64,000 bases of DNA from Bugula neritina. Taxonomy: Eukaryota > Animalia > Bryozoa. A program made the translations under genes and the position numbers. Of the stretch, positions 43,426 through 55,220 are shown piece after piece. Numbering within the stretch: the first letter of the stretch is position 1; each line of letters opens with the position of its first letter. The notes below the pieces were generated by a model, which saw nothing but the letters and a program-made list of their open reading frames with translations, did no database searches and was not told the DNA's origin. Where the stretch lies: assembly GCA_964035545.1 (NCBI GenBank), contig OZ037772.1, forward strand, positions 3,439,538 through 3,503,537, written 5' to 3'.

Positions 43426-43714
43426 CCGCCCCCACCAGCAGAAAGCCATCTTTCTGATATATATATAAAAAAAAACATTCAATAGTAATTGCATACATCA
43501 GTGGACAAAAATAATACATAATATACAGGAAGAGACATAATAATAGACAGAGTCACTGTAACGATCCGTTGCATACAATTGGCCAGCTGTAGATAGACGA
43601 GGAATACTAGCTAGCTGTGGTATTAGACAAGGAATAACCTGTCTAGCAGTTAAGCATTTGCACGATTTTGGTTCCTCACCAAATGTGGAGTTGTGGAGTA
43701 TTCTGGGTAGCATA

Positions 43715-44502
43715 CTAGAGTCCTTGTTGGGCACGCCGGTGCTTGGCTTGGCATGTACGCAGTTTCCGTTTCATACGGCATACAGATCCCTTGAGCTGGA
43801 AGAGTCCTGTGGTAGTGTTGAGTAGATCTGGTGCCAGCTGGGTGAACTCTTCTTGTAATCGTAGGAGGCGTTCTTCTACTGTAGCTAGTCGTACCGGGTC
43901 TGGGGATGGTGTCCGTCTGCGGCGTAAGGGTGGACTGGGGGACCTGGTCCGTCTCTTCGCCGGGGTAGGGGAGATCTCTCCTTCTTCTGGATATGTAGTT
44001 TCCTCGGGGGTGTATGTAATTGGAGGGCGGTCAGATACCAGCGGGGATTGTTGGCGGGCGTTGTCTAACACACGTTGGAACCCCGAGGATAGAACGGCTA
44101 ATAGCATGGCCTTCTTTACCAGAGGTCGTATATATGTGAGGAACTCCGGGTACAGCTTAGCGTCGACCACATAGTTTTCTCCAGGGAAACAGCCCGCCGC
44201 TCTGTGTCTGGTGACGGGGTAGGGATACACATCATTGTACCCGCAGGGGCAGAAGGTCAGTAGGAGATGAGCATTGACGTGTAGTTTAAGGGAGCGGTGA
44301 GAGGCGCAATCTTCACCACAGATCTGGCATCTCGTCCGTCCTCTGGACCCCCAGGCTGTTTCTATTTCTTCTTCGGTTTGTGGAGACACCCACCGCCAAC
44401 GGCGGCGTAGTGGCTCAGGCCGGTCACCACTAGCATAGTCCTCCGGATACGGAGCGGGAAGTGTTCTATCCCGTACCCTGGTTGTAGCGGGTCGAGTGTA
44501 AT
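43715..44502 (-). CDS. ORF3 of element B: C2H2 zinc-finger, Arg/Ser/Pro-rich and coiled-coil protein, probably spliced
   Basis: Stop-free GC-rich frame with C-X2-C-X12-H-X3-H, then C-X-C-X12-H-X4-C, KRRTRSPSPPLRRRRTPSP and a heptad-like C-terminus. Starts after a TTTTTCAG acceptor. Confidence 0.75.
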
Positions 44503-44815
44503 CTGAAAAAGTTTCAATAGTGTTAGTACAGTACACTGCTGTGTTGTCAGCTTGAACAGCTTGGCAACTCCTAATTCAGTTACCTCGTAGAGATTAATGA
44601 TAGTGAATAGTCAGATAGAACCGTATTGCAATGAGATTATAAAAATCTCTAAGTCAAACTGAGTTCTTACTACGGTATTTCACTAACCTATCTCCAGCTC
44701 GATTGACTCAGTGAGTCAGAGCTGAGCGATGCAATCTAGTTTCGTATTAAGATATAGTTAACTCACCCCACGATCTGTTGTCGTAAGACATACTGAATAT
44801 GTGAAATGGTTTGAA

Positions 44816-47800
44816 CTACTGCTTAGAAACACGTCTACTCTTGACTGCATCAGCGTATGAAAAGATCGAGCAACGTGGTTGGGGTGCGTGATTAAGACTT
44901 TGTGCACCCGGCGGATGAATTTTATTTCTATTTCCGCCGATGTAAAAGTTGATATTTCCGTGGTGTTGACAACTCCCACATTTGCTCGAATCTTTTCTCG
45001 TACGGCTTTCCCCTAGACTTTTATGCGTGCCGCTTTTAACGCAGTCACATACGAAGTCCTTCAAGTATGCGGGGGGTTGCCTCGTACGCTGTCCCCTTTC
45101 TAGGGGGGGTGACACGCTTGCCGGTTCGTTAGTAGGGGCCTCTAATGGCGTCTCTACTTCACCGTCAGCGGTCACCTCTTCTTGTTCTCCGGATGGAGCC
45201 CCTCCCTCCGTGGGGGTTTGCACTTCCGGAACCGGCTCGGTTTCCGGAAGTGATGGAATTAGACTTGGCGGTGGCGGACACGCTTCTGTTGGTAGAAGCT
45301 GCCGCTCCTCTCTCACCAAGTTTTCTTCCCGCGGTATGACCACTTCGTATTCAGGTCCATGCCGCCGTCGCCCGCGCGTTGTTGTCTGCCTCCTGGGCTC
45401 TAACAACGGGGGGGCTTATCCCACTCCGCCGGGGCTAGCCCAATACGGTTTCAAGCGAGACTCATTCTGGACAGATACCTGTCCTGAGCGCTCGATCTTG
45501 TACGTATGATTGGGCATAGCCTTGATGACCACGTAGGGGCCTACGAACTTAGGCTTCAGCTTATCAGCCTGTCCGCGGCGCCTACGGTAATTGACCATCC
45601 ACACCTTATCTCCCCTTTGATAGAGAGGGGGTTCATCGGAATCTTCGTGCCGCACCTTCCACTGCTGTTGACGCAGTATCTCGTGTGCGGCCTTCATCCG
45701 TTCCACTAGTTCACTGGCATACTCGTGGACTGAGTTATCCTGCTCTGGAACGTGATAGGTGAGATGGTCAGGGACACGAGTCTCCCTCCCGAGCATCAAG
45801 AGGTTTGGGGTCTCACCAGTACTGGTGTGTGGGGTGATACGGTATGCACGCATGACTTGCGGCAACACCGTATCCCATTCCTCTTGACCTCGTCTAAGGA
45901 GGAGACTCCGGAGCGCATCACCTAGCATCCGGTTGTTGCGCTCCACCACCCCGTTACCTTGAGGGTGGTAGGGGGTGGTCCTGCTCTGATTTACTCCCCA
46001 GAGGTGGCAAAGGTCGCTCATCAGTTGAGACTGGAATTGAGCGCCTTGATTAGAGTGTATCTGTTCGGGAAGCCCAAAATAACAGAATACATGTTGGTCT
46101 AGTGCCCTGGCCACTGTTGGGGCTGATGCATCTGGGATAGCCAGAGCATCCGACCACCTAGTAAAGTGGTCGGTTAGTACTAGGATCCAATTATTGCCTC
46201 TGGGGGTCAGGGGCATGGGTCCGACCAGGTCTACAGCGACTACCTGCCAGGGCCTACCAGCATATAGCCTCCGCCGTCCTGCTTCACCAGGGGGGCGGCT
46301 ATGCTTACTGGCCTGGCAGATCTCACACTGTTTGACTCTGAGCCGGACGTCACGCTCCATCTGCGGCCAATACCACCGGAGTCGTAATTTGGACATCACT
46401 CGCTTGACCCCTGCGTGGGCCTGCTTGTGAGTATCCCAAATCAACTCACGGCGGATGGCTGTGGGGCAGACTACCCTCTTCCTTTCCGGGTGTCTGCCGC
46501 TGGCAGCTAGAGAGATGGTTAGCAACCCATCCTGCCCGATCCGCAGCGAGTCCCAACGCTGACAGTATAGCCGGAACTCGGCGCATCCCTGTCGTATGCG
46601 TTCCTCGCTGGGTCGTCGCCCTTCCCGTTTGGCCCGGTATATGTCTGCCACGACTCCAGGCAGCTCTTCTTGGAGCTTCTTCAGCTCTCGAACATTACCG
46701 GCCAGTACAGGGTTGGCGCGGAGGTTTTGTACATCCTCCGGGGACTCATCAACTCTTTGCCTGAGTTGACCTTGATCCCAGTCAAACGATGCTCCGTGAT
46801 GAGCCAGCGTCTCCAACTCGCATCGCGGGGGACCTCCATCCCTCCTCTCGATGTTGAGACACTGTTTGCAACCTCCGTCAGGTCGGCGACTCAACCCATC
46901 CGCATTGCTGTGTCTCTTGCCCGGTCGATGTTCGATCCGGTATGAGAATTCAGCTAGGATTTCGAGCCACCGGGCGACCTGACTAGAGGGCTCTGCTCTC
47001 CTGCACAACCAGATCAGCGAGGCATGATCTGTACGCAGCCGGAACTTCCTGCCATATATGTATGGTCTGAAGTGCTTCACTGACTTGATTACTGCCAGCA
47101 GCTCCTTGCGGGTAGTGCAGTAATTTCGTTCAGCGGGAGAGAGAGACTTGCTGTAGTAGGCTACTACTACCTCTCGGCCTTCCTGCACTTGTGACAACAC
47201 AGCGCCAACATTCTGGTCACTGGCGTCCGTGTCTAGGATGTACTCCAGAGTGGGGTCTGGGTAGGCCAAGATGGGCGCCGTTAGTAGGCAGCCCTTGAGG
47301 CGGTCGAACGCTTCTTGTTCGACTGGAGTCCACTGCCACGTCACTCCCTTTGCGGTGAGCCAGTTTAACGGCTGGGCTATGCCCGCAAAGTCTGGTATGT
47401 ATTGCCTGTAATACCCTACCAGCCCCAAGAAAGCCCGGAGTCCGGTCAAGTCTTGGGGGGTGACCCAGTCTTCTACTGCCCGTACCTTTTCGGGATCCGT
47501 TGCCACGCCGTTTCGACCGACAACGTGCCCCAGGTACTTGACCTCCGGCTGCAACAGAGCGCACTTGGAAGGTTTGAGCTTAAGACCGGCACCTCGGAGT
47601 CTCTCGAAAACCTCCTGCAGACGACTGACATGTGTCTCGAAGTCTGGAGAGATTACGATGACATCATCGAGGTAGACCAGCAGTGTCTTCCAATGGAGTC
47701 CGCTAAGGACTTGTTCCATCAGCCTCTGGAAGGTGGCTGGGGCGGAGGTTAACCCGAAGGGCAGCACCTTCCACTTCCACAAACCGTCCCGTGTGATAAA

Positions 47801-49383
47801 CGCCGCTTTCTCCTGGGCGTCGGGACTCAGAGGAACCTGCCAATAGCCGCTTAGCAAGTCTAACGTACTGAAGTACTTGCTGCCGGCTAGGGCGTCCAAT
47901 GACTCGTCAATACGAGGTAGAGGGTAGGCGTCCTGTATAGTTACGCTATTGAGTTTGCGGTAGTCCACACAGAACCGTTAACTGCCGTCTTTCTTCCGGA
48001 CCAGTACGACTGGCGAGCTCCACGCACTATGGGCGGGCTCTATCAGTCCCCGGTCCAGAAGATCCCGTACTTGTCGGCTAACCTCCTTCTCTTTCTCCGG
48101 CCCCAGCCTGCGCGTAGGCTGCCGGACAGGGACTGTCCCTGCAGTCAGCGGTATTTCGTGTCTGACAACTCCAGTCAGTCCCACGTCATGCTCTCCGCTG
48201 CTGAACACATCACCGTAGTCGCGTAGTAACTTGGCCATAGCTTGGCGCTCTCTGTTATTGCGCAGCCGCTACTGGCTGTTTCGTATAACTCCCGGAGATG
48301 TGTTGGGACTGCCCCTCGTCCCTGAATAGGGTGTCGAGGGAGTGCCTCTGTCGCATCACCCAGCGACGGGCCTACGTCTCCCTCCTGAACAGAGTGAAAA
48401 CGGCCCAGCATCGACCCAGCCGGGAGCTTGATAAGCTCGGTAAAGGGGTCGACGCACTGCACTAAGATCTCCCCTTGCTCAGTCAGCTGATTCAGACTGC
48501 TGGCAAGTTGGATCTTTTCGTGCGCGCCTTCAACCACCCCGAGTCCAGAGATCCGGCTACTATTCACCCTGCAGTGAATTGTAGCCCGGGAGCGGCCTGG
48601 TATGGTACGGTTGCGTACCACTTGCACACCTCCCACTAAAGGGCAGCCGAACTTGTCGACGCAGGCGAGTTCCCGCCCGGACATCATCATTGCAGATCTG
48701 CTAAAATCTATGTGACATCCGTGCCGTTTAAGGAACGGCATCCCGAGGATAGCATCCTCCTTGAGCTGACTGACGATGAACGTCTCTTGGATCGTTTGAT
48801 CGCGGACTCGTCCCGTCAGCTCAATTATACCATAGAAGGGAAGGCACGACCCGTCAGCTAGGGTGCCGTATTCCCCTTCGTATGCTTCCATCTCGCCCCT
48901 GACCCTAGCGCTGAGGGTGTCGAAGAGTTGGCGGCTTAAGAGGTTTGTGGTACAGCCCGAATCAATGAGAAAAGTAACAGCTTTGCCTTCCAGTTTACCG
49001 GGCAAGAAATAGCTGTTCCCATGGGGCTGCACCTGAACTCTCCCTTCAGGCCTTACTCTCGCAGGGAGTACCTCCCTCGCTTTGGGTCGCGAAGGAGGTC
49101 TCTTGGGGCGGTGATAGGTAGGCCTCGGGGGTGCCGAGGCTAGATTCTCAGCTACCTTTGTGTGCTCCCATCCAGATTCTTGGACTTGTAGCCCTGTGAA
49201 TCTGTTGTGAAGGGGCACAGAAAAGGCAGCCGCGGGGCGAAGCCCCTTGCTGGTCCGTCGTGGCTGTTGCCACTGTTGGTTGCCAGTACGCGGTACCCGT
49301 CTGGGTGACCTGCGTTTCTTCTTCCCTAGAGGTTTCGTCGGCCCGCGGAAGGTGGGAACATCTGCGGGCCGCGGTAGTTTAAC
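44816..49383 (-). pseudogene. pol: Pol of element B (protease, RT, RNaseH, integrase), disrupted
   Basis: Protease FLIDSG, RT YLDD, RNaseH DTDAS, integrase HHCC and GPY. Lesions: 1-bp frameshift ~48260, TAA at 47978-47980, integrase D-to-N at 46049-46051, TAA at 45416-45418. Confidence 0.95.
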
Positions 49384-50285
49384 CCCTGATTTAGGAAGGG
49401 ACAATATCGGCGGAAATGTCCTTGATTTCCGCACTCCCAGCAAAAACTGACTGTTTCTCCCTGTGGCGGCGCCGATGGCCGCATGGGCTCAGGGGCGGTA
49501 CTCACTGGGTTTGGTGGTGTCAGTGTTGCTATCAGCTTGGCTAGCATGTCCGTCAGTTGAGTGACTTTTGATGCCGTCGCCAACTGGGACACGGCAGCCG
49601 CGGCGGGGGTTTCCTCCCCTTGTCCCGCGGCCGTGTCTGCGCGGTCTATCTCCACTTGGCGGGAGTTTCCGCGGCTTTTATGCATTTGGTTAGCTAGGAG
49701 GTAAGCTTCCCCCTCAGTCAGAGCATCTTCAACGGTGGTGACTCCCCTAGCTAGAAACTGATGGTGGAGACCCAGATCGTCGACAGATGCTATGAAAGCG
49801 TCGAGGGTGTACCTCTCGCGGTTGACTGGGGGCAAGTCGCTGTACGCGATCTGTGCCAGCTTCATGACCGCGGCGGCATGCTCCCGCAGCGGGGTGCGGG
49901 GATCACGCCGCAACCTCTGCAATCGGGCCCTGGCATCTGTAGCAGAGAGGCCAAAGCGGGCCCGCAGAGAAGCAAAGATATTATCAATGTCTACGCCCAG
50001 CCCATAGGGCTTGGCTTTGTCCATCAATGCCATTCTAAGCTTCAACAGGGCCACCCTAGGGGGCCACTGAGCGACGTCCATTACGTCGCTAAACTCTTGG
50101 ATAAATTGTTCCACCTCCTCCTCACCCGTGAAGGTGGGCGCCTTTAACCTGTAGCGGTCTTCAGCTAGTTCTCGCGGAACCCTTCGCTCTTCTACTACAT
50201 GGTTAACAGGCATTGTCTCTACAGCATTGTCTCTACGCTCACCTTCGATTGCCGGTGGTTGAGTTCCAGCATTTTCAGTCTCCAT
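49326..50285 (-). CDS. gag: Gag of element B (319 aa)
   Basis: Intact ORF starting at ATG, with a capsid-like region and CCHC knuckle CWECGNQGHFRRYC. Confidence 0.93.
   Translation of the reverse strand: METENAGTQPPAIEGERRDNAVETMPVNHVVEERRVPRELAEDRYRLKAPTFTGEEEVEQFIQEFSDVMDVAQWPPRVALLKLRMALMDKAKPYGLGVDIDNIFASLRARFGLSATDARARLQRLRRDPRTPLREHAAAVMKLAQIAYSDLPPVNRERYTLDAFIASVDDLGLHHQFLARGVTTVEDALTEGEAYLLANQMHKSRGNSRQVEIDRADTAAGQGEETPAAAAVSQLATASKVTQLTDMLAKLIATLTPPNPVSTAPEPMRPSAPPQGETVSFCWECGNQGHFRRYCPFLNQGLNYRGPQMFPPSAGRRNL
49339..49383 (-). promoter_or_regulatory. Putative -1 ribosomal frameshift signal (gag-pol)
   Basis: G_UUA_AAC in the gag frame (49383-49377), a 5-nt spacer, then a GC-rich stem CGGCCCGC/GCGGGCCG. 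Pol overlaps in the -1 frame. Confidence 0.7.
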
Positions 50286-50297
50286 CTTGGATGCACT

Positions 50298-50315
50298 ATC
50301 CCACCGCTGCCACCA
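50298..50315 (-). promoter_or_regulatory. Primer binding site (tRNA-Leu) of element B
   Basis: Minus strand reads TGGTGGCAGCGGTGGGAT, identical to the PBS of element A. Confidence 0.9.
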
Positions 50316-50316
50316 C

Positions 50317-50622
50317 TGTTATAGTTTTCAGATTTAGGGTTGATATGCTATCCAGAGAGTCTATTTATCTAGTATAGAACTACACCAGGCTAAGTCGAGT
50401 GAACGAGTATATTTTATACACAACTATACATTATAAAAACACGATACATTATTTCTAACAAGTTACACATCTAATCTATTTCACACTCTAGCTTCGACTG
50501 AGTTAGCAGCGGGAAACTACAATTGCTGCTAACTATCAACTACGCTAATTGGCTATCCATTGTTCCGGGTCAATTACGCGACCCTACATGTTGTGCTGCT
50601 GGTAGTTCCACGAACCACCACA
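50317..50622 (-). repeat. 5' LTR of element B
   Basis: Adjacent to the PBS. No difference from 43120-43425 seen. Confidence 0.95.
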
Positions 50623-51572
50623 GTATCACCACCACTATGAGTGGTGGTGATAGTGAGTATCACTATCACTACAATACTTAATTAGTTACTTATAGTTATA
50701 CTTATACTGTGAGTTATACTACTATCACTATCAGTATCACTACGACTATCACTATCACTATCAGTATAACATTAACTATGACTATCAGTATCAGTATCCG
50801 TCTTCTTGGGTTAGGCAAATTTTCAACTTCTGCGCTGGGATGAAAATTCAACTAATTTTATTTTCAAAGCTCACGTTTAAGGAACTACAGTGCAAGCAAA
50901 AATTATCTAATATCGATGCTTAAAAACAAAAAGAAAACCTATCCATTTCAATTCAACTAATGCCTTGGGCTTGTAGCTTACTCAATGTTGCCTAACAATT
51001 CACAACATCCGCTGCGTCTTTATTGTTAGCTAGGGAACCAAAAATTCGAACGGCCTACATAACGTTTTTCAGACTAGGGGGCTTGTTTTTTGTGTTATGT
51101 ATTATAATCTTTTCCACCGATCTTCTCAATTTGTTTTTATGACCATGGGCAAGGCCAAGGTTTCTCCCGCGGATCTGCAGCAAAAATGAAGAGGAATGTT
51201 GTGAAACAGAAGTTGCATTTGTGTAGTTTATCATTAATATTATTATTAATGATATTAGTTATTGATAATATTAATTATTATTAATAATTTCTTGAATTTT
51301 ATACTCATAATGATATGATTATGTCTATTTATTATTATATCCATATAATTACCATAATATCAATTATAATGATAATCATAATCATAATGATAGTTACCTC
51401 CAGTTACCTCCAGATTACGATCATGCTAGACCACTAGGTAGCAGAAGCGGCATGCCTCATATGTTTACGGTTGGTCAGAAAGTAAAATGCATACAATAGA
51501 TCATAAATTGGTTGCAGTGTGTGTTGCAGTATTGTTTATTAGTACGGGTAAGTTAACCTGTCAATATTTAGA

Positions 51573-51845
51573 TTATTCCGTGTGTAAATTAGTCTTGCAA
51601 GGATTGGTCCCTTTAACTTTAAGATCACGGATTGTCCGTGGCAAAAAGCTGTTATAATAGCAGTTATTATTGGTGCTGACTGATCTTGGCTGTCCTAGTG
51701 TTTGGGCCCTAGTTTGGATAAAACTTTCCGGGGTATTTATTAGTTCATCATACGCTGCAGAGAGTGCTGGGTGATATTCTTCCTTTTGGAGTATCCTCAT
51801 AAGGAGTCTTAGTCGTTGAGTTCTTCTTCTTTCATCGAGGGCGGC
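51573..51845 (-). mobile_element. 3' fragment of a non-LTR retrotransposon ORF2
   Basis: L.ERR...RL.LL.RI...TR...YYNSFLPRTIRDL resembles the typical LINE ORF2 C-terminus. 5'-truncated. Confidence 0.7.
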
Positions 51846-52748
51846 CTCGTTAATGATAATGTCAATCACCAATGATAATCATAATCATAACGATTATTAT
51901 TTATATTTATAAATTATTATTAATATTGATATTATAATTTTATGTTTATATTTTTGAGTTATACTTTAATAACAATATAACTATAATGATTGTCATATAT
52001 CATTGAATTTGACATTTGATTTGTCATTTGATCAATTTTGACATCGATAAGTTGATAATAAATATTATTAACATAATGATAATGTTCCTGTTGGTGTATT
52101 TTAAATAATAAAATCTCAATAGTAATAGTTGTAGCATAAGTATAAGTTTAAGTTAACGTCTAGGCACGTCTTGAGTTTGTGATGTAACTAAATCAATATC
52201 AAGTTCAAGTTGTGATACCCTCATGATTATGATTATAATGATCTTTGTACTTTATAGAGCATGATTACTCGATATTTCTTACTCTTATTCTAAAACAAAT
52301 GTTCATTTTCATACTTGTGTTGTTATTAAACTATATCAATAGCTAAAGGCCTGATTGTAGTTATGAATGTTTAAAACGTACTTAACATACTGCACTTGCA
52401 GCTCTATTTTTCAAAATTCATCCTTTAGTTGATAATGCTATATTAATAGTAACTTCTGCTACTTAGTAAGAATTTGCATACCATGCACTAAATCAACTTC
52501 ATTGCAACTTTGAGCAAAGTAAAGCTACATCTGTTATACTAATACCTTGGTGATGTTTTCTGGCATATCACTTTTTTTGCTAAGAAAGTTTCTACAGCCC
52601 CTTAATTCCCAACTTGTAGAAGGCATGCAGTACTAACTTTTCTCTTTCGTTTATTACAGGAATATTTGACACTATCTTCCTATTGCTTTCAATTTTTTGT
52701 ATTCATATTTTTTTAGATTTGTAATTACGACTACACTACTGTTGATAG

Positions 52749-53917
52749 GTTTGGATTTTCTCCCACATTTACAATGACGAAGATGGATTTGATTTTCACA
52801 CGGAGTCTTATATGCTGTTTAGCTGTGAAGGAACTGTTAGCTGCGGCACGAAACCACTTGAGGAAATTCTTCTGGCAGATGCACACTCAAGGCAGATGGA
52901 AAATCGTCTCGAATCAAACAAGTCGTTGTGAAACGATTTGAATTTTTCAAACAAGTGTGGTAACCAAACCTTGCACCTACTCAATGAAGTGTCCAATGGA
53001 TCCATGTGGGCCTTCAAAGTGAGTTGGCTAATTTATTTGATATTTATTTTTATTCATTTGATATCTAGTGAAGCTATTTGCAGTATGATTTGGTGGCCAT
53101 GTTGCAACTTAGAGTAACTATAACTTTGAGATTGTAAGCTAAAATTTACACAATATGTTCATTAAAACTGTTCTCTGCTTGTCACCAATTGCAATATTAA
53201 CTTTCTCTATAACCCTGGATTATATTAGCTCAGTATAATTTTTTAGGCTCAGTTCTTTAGAATATAGTGTTTTAAGGTTAATTCAACTTAGCATGTTATG
53301 CAACGTCTGCTAATTTTTAGATACGTGAGACATTTTTAGAGGTGTAAGCTATGATCAAACAGTCAATCTTTTTTTTACTTTGCTCTCTGCTATTCTTTCA
53401 CCATATTCTACACTATTTTACCTTATTCTTGCACACCATTTTTTACATTACATTACATTTTTATTTTTTACCTACTCCTACACCACATTCTACCTTATTT
53501 CACCTTATTCTTGCACCATATTCTACATTATTCTACCTTATTCTTGCACCATATTCTACATTATTCTACCTTATTCTTGCATCATATTATACATTATTTC
53601 ACCTTATTCTTGCACTATATTTTATATTATTTTACCTCATTCTTACACCATATTCTACCTTATTCTTACACCATATTCTACCTTATTTTTGCACCATATT
53701 CTACATTATTTTTACACCATATTCTATTGAAGTGTTGGATGCTTGGGGAAATCCACCAACCGGATTTTTCACTGGAATACTCAACTGGGCTGGTGACTAC
53801 CAGGAGTGTGTTGCCATCAGATCTACCTACGGAGAGAATGATGACCCGAGTATGTTGCTCTATCAGGGGAGGTACTGTTCCGAGATACACCCTAACATGG
53901 CGGCCAATGACGGACAG
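52749..53917 (+). pseudogene. NRF-6/OACYL-like N-terminal (NRF) domain relic
   Basis: ...C.NQT..LL......WA / LDAWGNPPTGFFTG.LNW.GDYQEC...YQGRYC. There is an upstream TGA and a phase mismatch across the intron. No acyltransferase exons recognised. Confidence 0.75.
53395..53726. repeat. 11/33-bp minisatellite (CACCATATTCTACATTATTCTACCTTATTCTTG)
   Basis: Seen directly. Intronic, abutting the NRF exon acceptor. Confidence 0.9.
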
Positions 53918-54597
53918 GTACTAAGTCTATTTTAAGGTCACATCAGGTTTCTAAATCCAATTGCAGCTGCAAATTCCTTTTCAACTTTCAGTGTTTACAG
54001 GATGATTTGAGTTTTGGCAGCCTTCGCTGTCGGTATTTTAACCTTGATAAAAATTAGGTGGTGGAAAAATGAATAGCTCCAATATATGAGATGTTTTGTA
54101 GCTTCAGTATATGAGATTTTTGTGTGTCATAAATATGAAAGGTTAAATCTTACATCAGTAGACTGGATAGTTGATGCTGTCAGATTTTGAAACATAAATA
54201 AATAAGCCATGATGGTGTAAAGTTTAGACTATACTAAAATTTATGTTAGATTTCTTCCAGGCTACGTTACATCCAGAGCCTTTGCAGACACGCTGCCTGT
54301 AGCTCAGACACATGCAGACACTTGGCAATAGCTGCCAGTGAACTGATTCACTAGTGAAATAATATTGATAGTGTCATCCATGTGTCATGTTAGATTATTG
54401 GTATAATGAGGTTACATCAGTGATGATTAAAATTACTAGTCAGCCTAGTTCACAATAATGCCTTTGCTGTCTATTTCTCTACATTCTTTACATTCCACAA
54501 CATTGCTTGTCTATTTCTTTAAACCTCTACATTATAGCCTACGGCATTCCTAGTTTACTGCATTAGATATGAAGTCATAGAATAAAAAAGTACCACG

Positions 54598-54692
54598 TTC
54601 TCATGAGTCTCACACAAGTTCTGATTGGTTCTCGTGAATCTCACACAACCTCTGATTGGTTCTCATGAGTCTCACACAACCACTGATTGGTC
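54598..54692. repeat. Three ~31-bp tandem copies (TTCTCATGAGTCTCACACAA..CTGATTGG)
   Basis: Seen directly. Confidence 0.8.
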
Positions 54693-55220
54693 TCACTATA
54701 CCTGTCTAATTACAAATATTGACAGAAGAAGACTTTAGTATTGTAAACAAGTGTAGAGTTTTATTTACTGGGAAGTGGTTTGTTTTACCCCCTCATAAGT
54801 GCAGAGAGGTGAATTTTCAGTTTCATGGAAACAGTTGATTTAGTTTATACAAAACACTCTCAATGCACTCTTCTAGAATACAAAGTTACAAGCTACAGGC
54901 TACAAAGTTATATAAGACATGCGTTATTGGAGGTGAAAAAGGTTTTATTTTCTCTTTTTATTTTTCTTTATTTACTGATTATAGATATTTATTTTAAAAA
55001 GTTTTTGTCAACCACTGGGATTTTCTGTCCAATGCCATGCTAACATGTTTATCTGATTGACAGGTGGGCGTGGCTTGGGTAGATGTGGGCGGAGTTGAAC
55101 ACAGGTTCCGGTGCGATACGGAAGGAAACAGATATGGTGTGAATGACGAAGAGTATTTAACTTTCAACCGGATGGAGTACTTGAATCAGGATAACCAATC
55201 AGTGTATGCTAACATCAGGT

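Larger units (their letters stand above)
43120..50622 (-). mobile_element. Ty3/Gypsy LTR retrotransposon B, full length, with an extra ORF3
   Basis: Two apparently identical 306-bp TG...CA LTRs, 4-bp TSD GTAT (43116-43119 and 50623-50626), PBS, PPT, gag, pro-pol and ORF3. Confidence 0.98.

Noticed and set aside
43715-44536. ORF3 of element B as an env gene
   Set aside because: No signal peptide or transmembrane anchor seen. It has zinc-finger and basic motifs instead.
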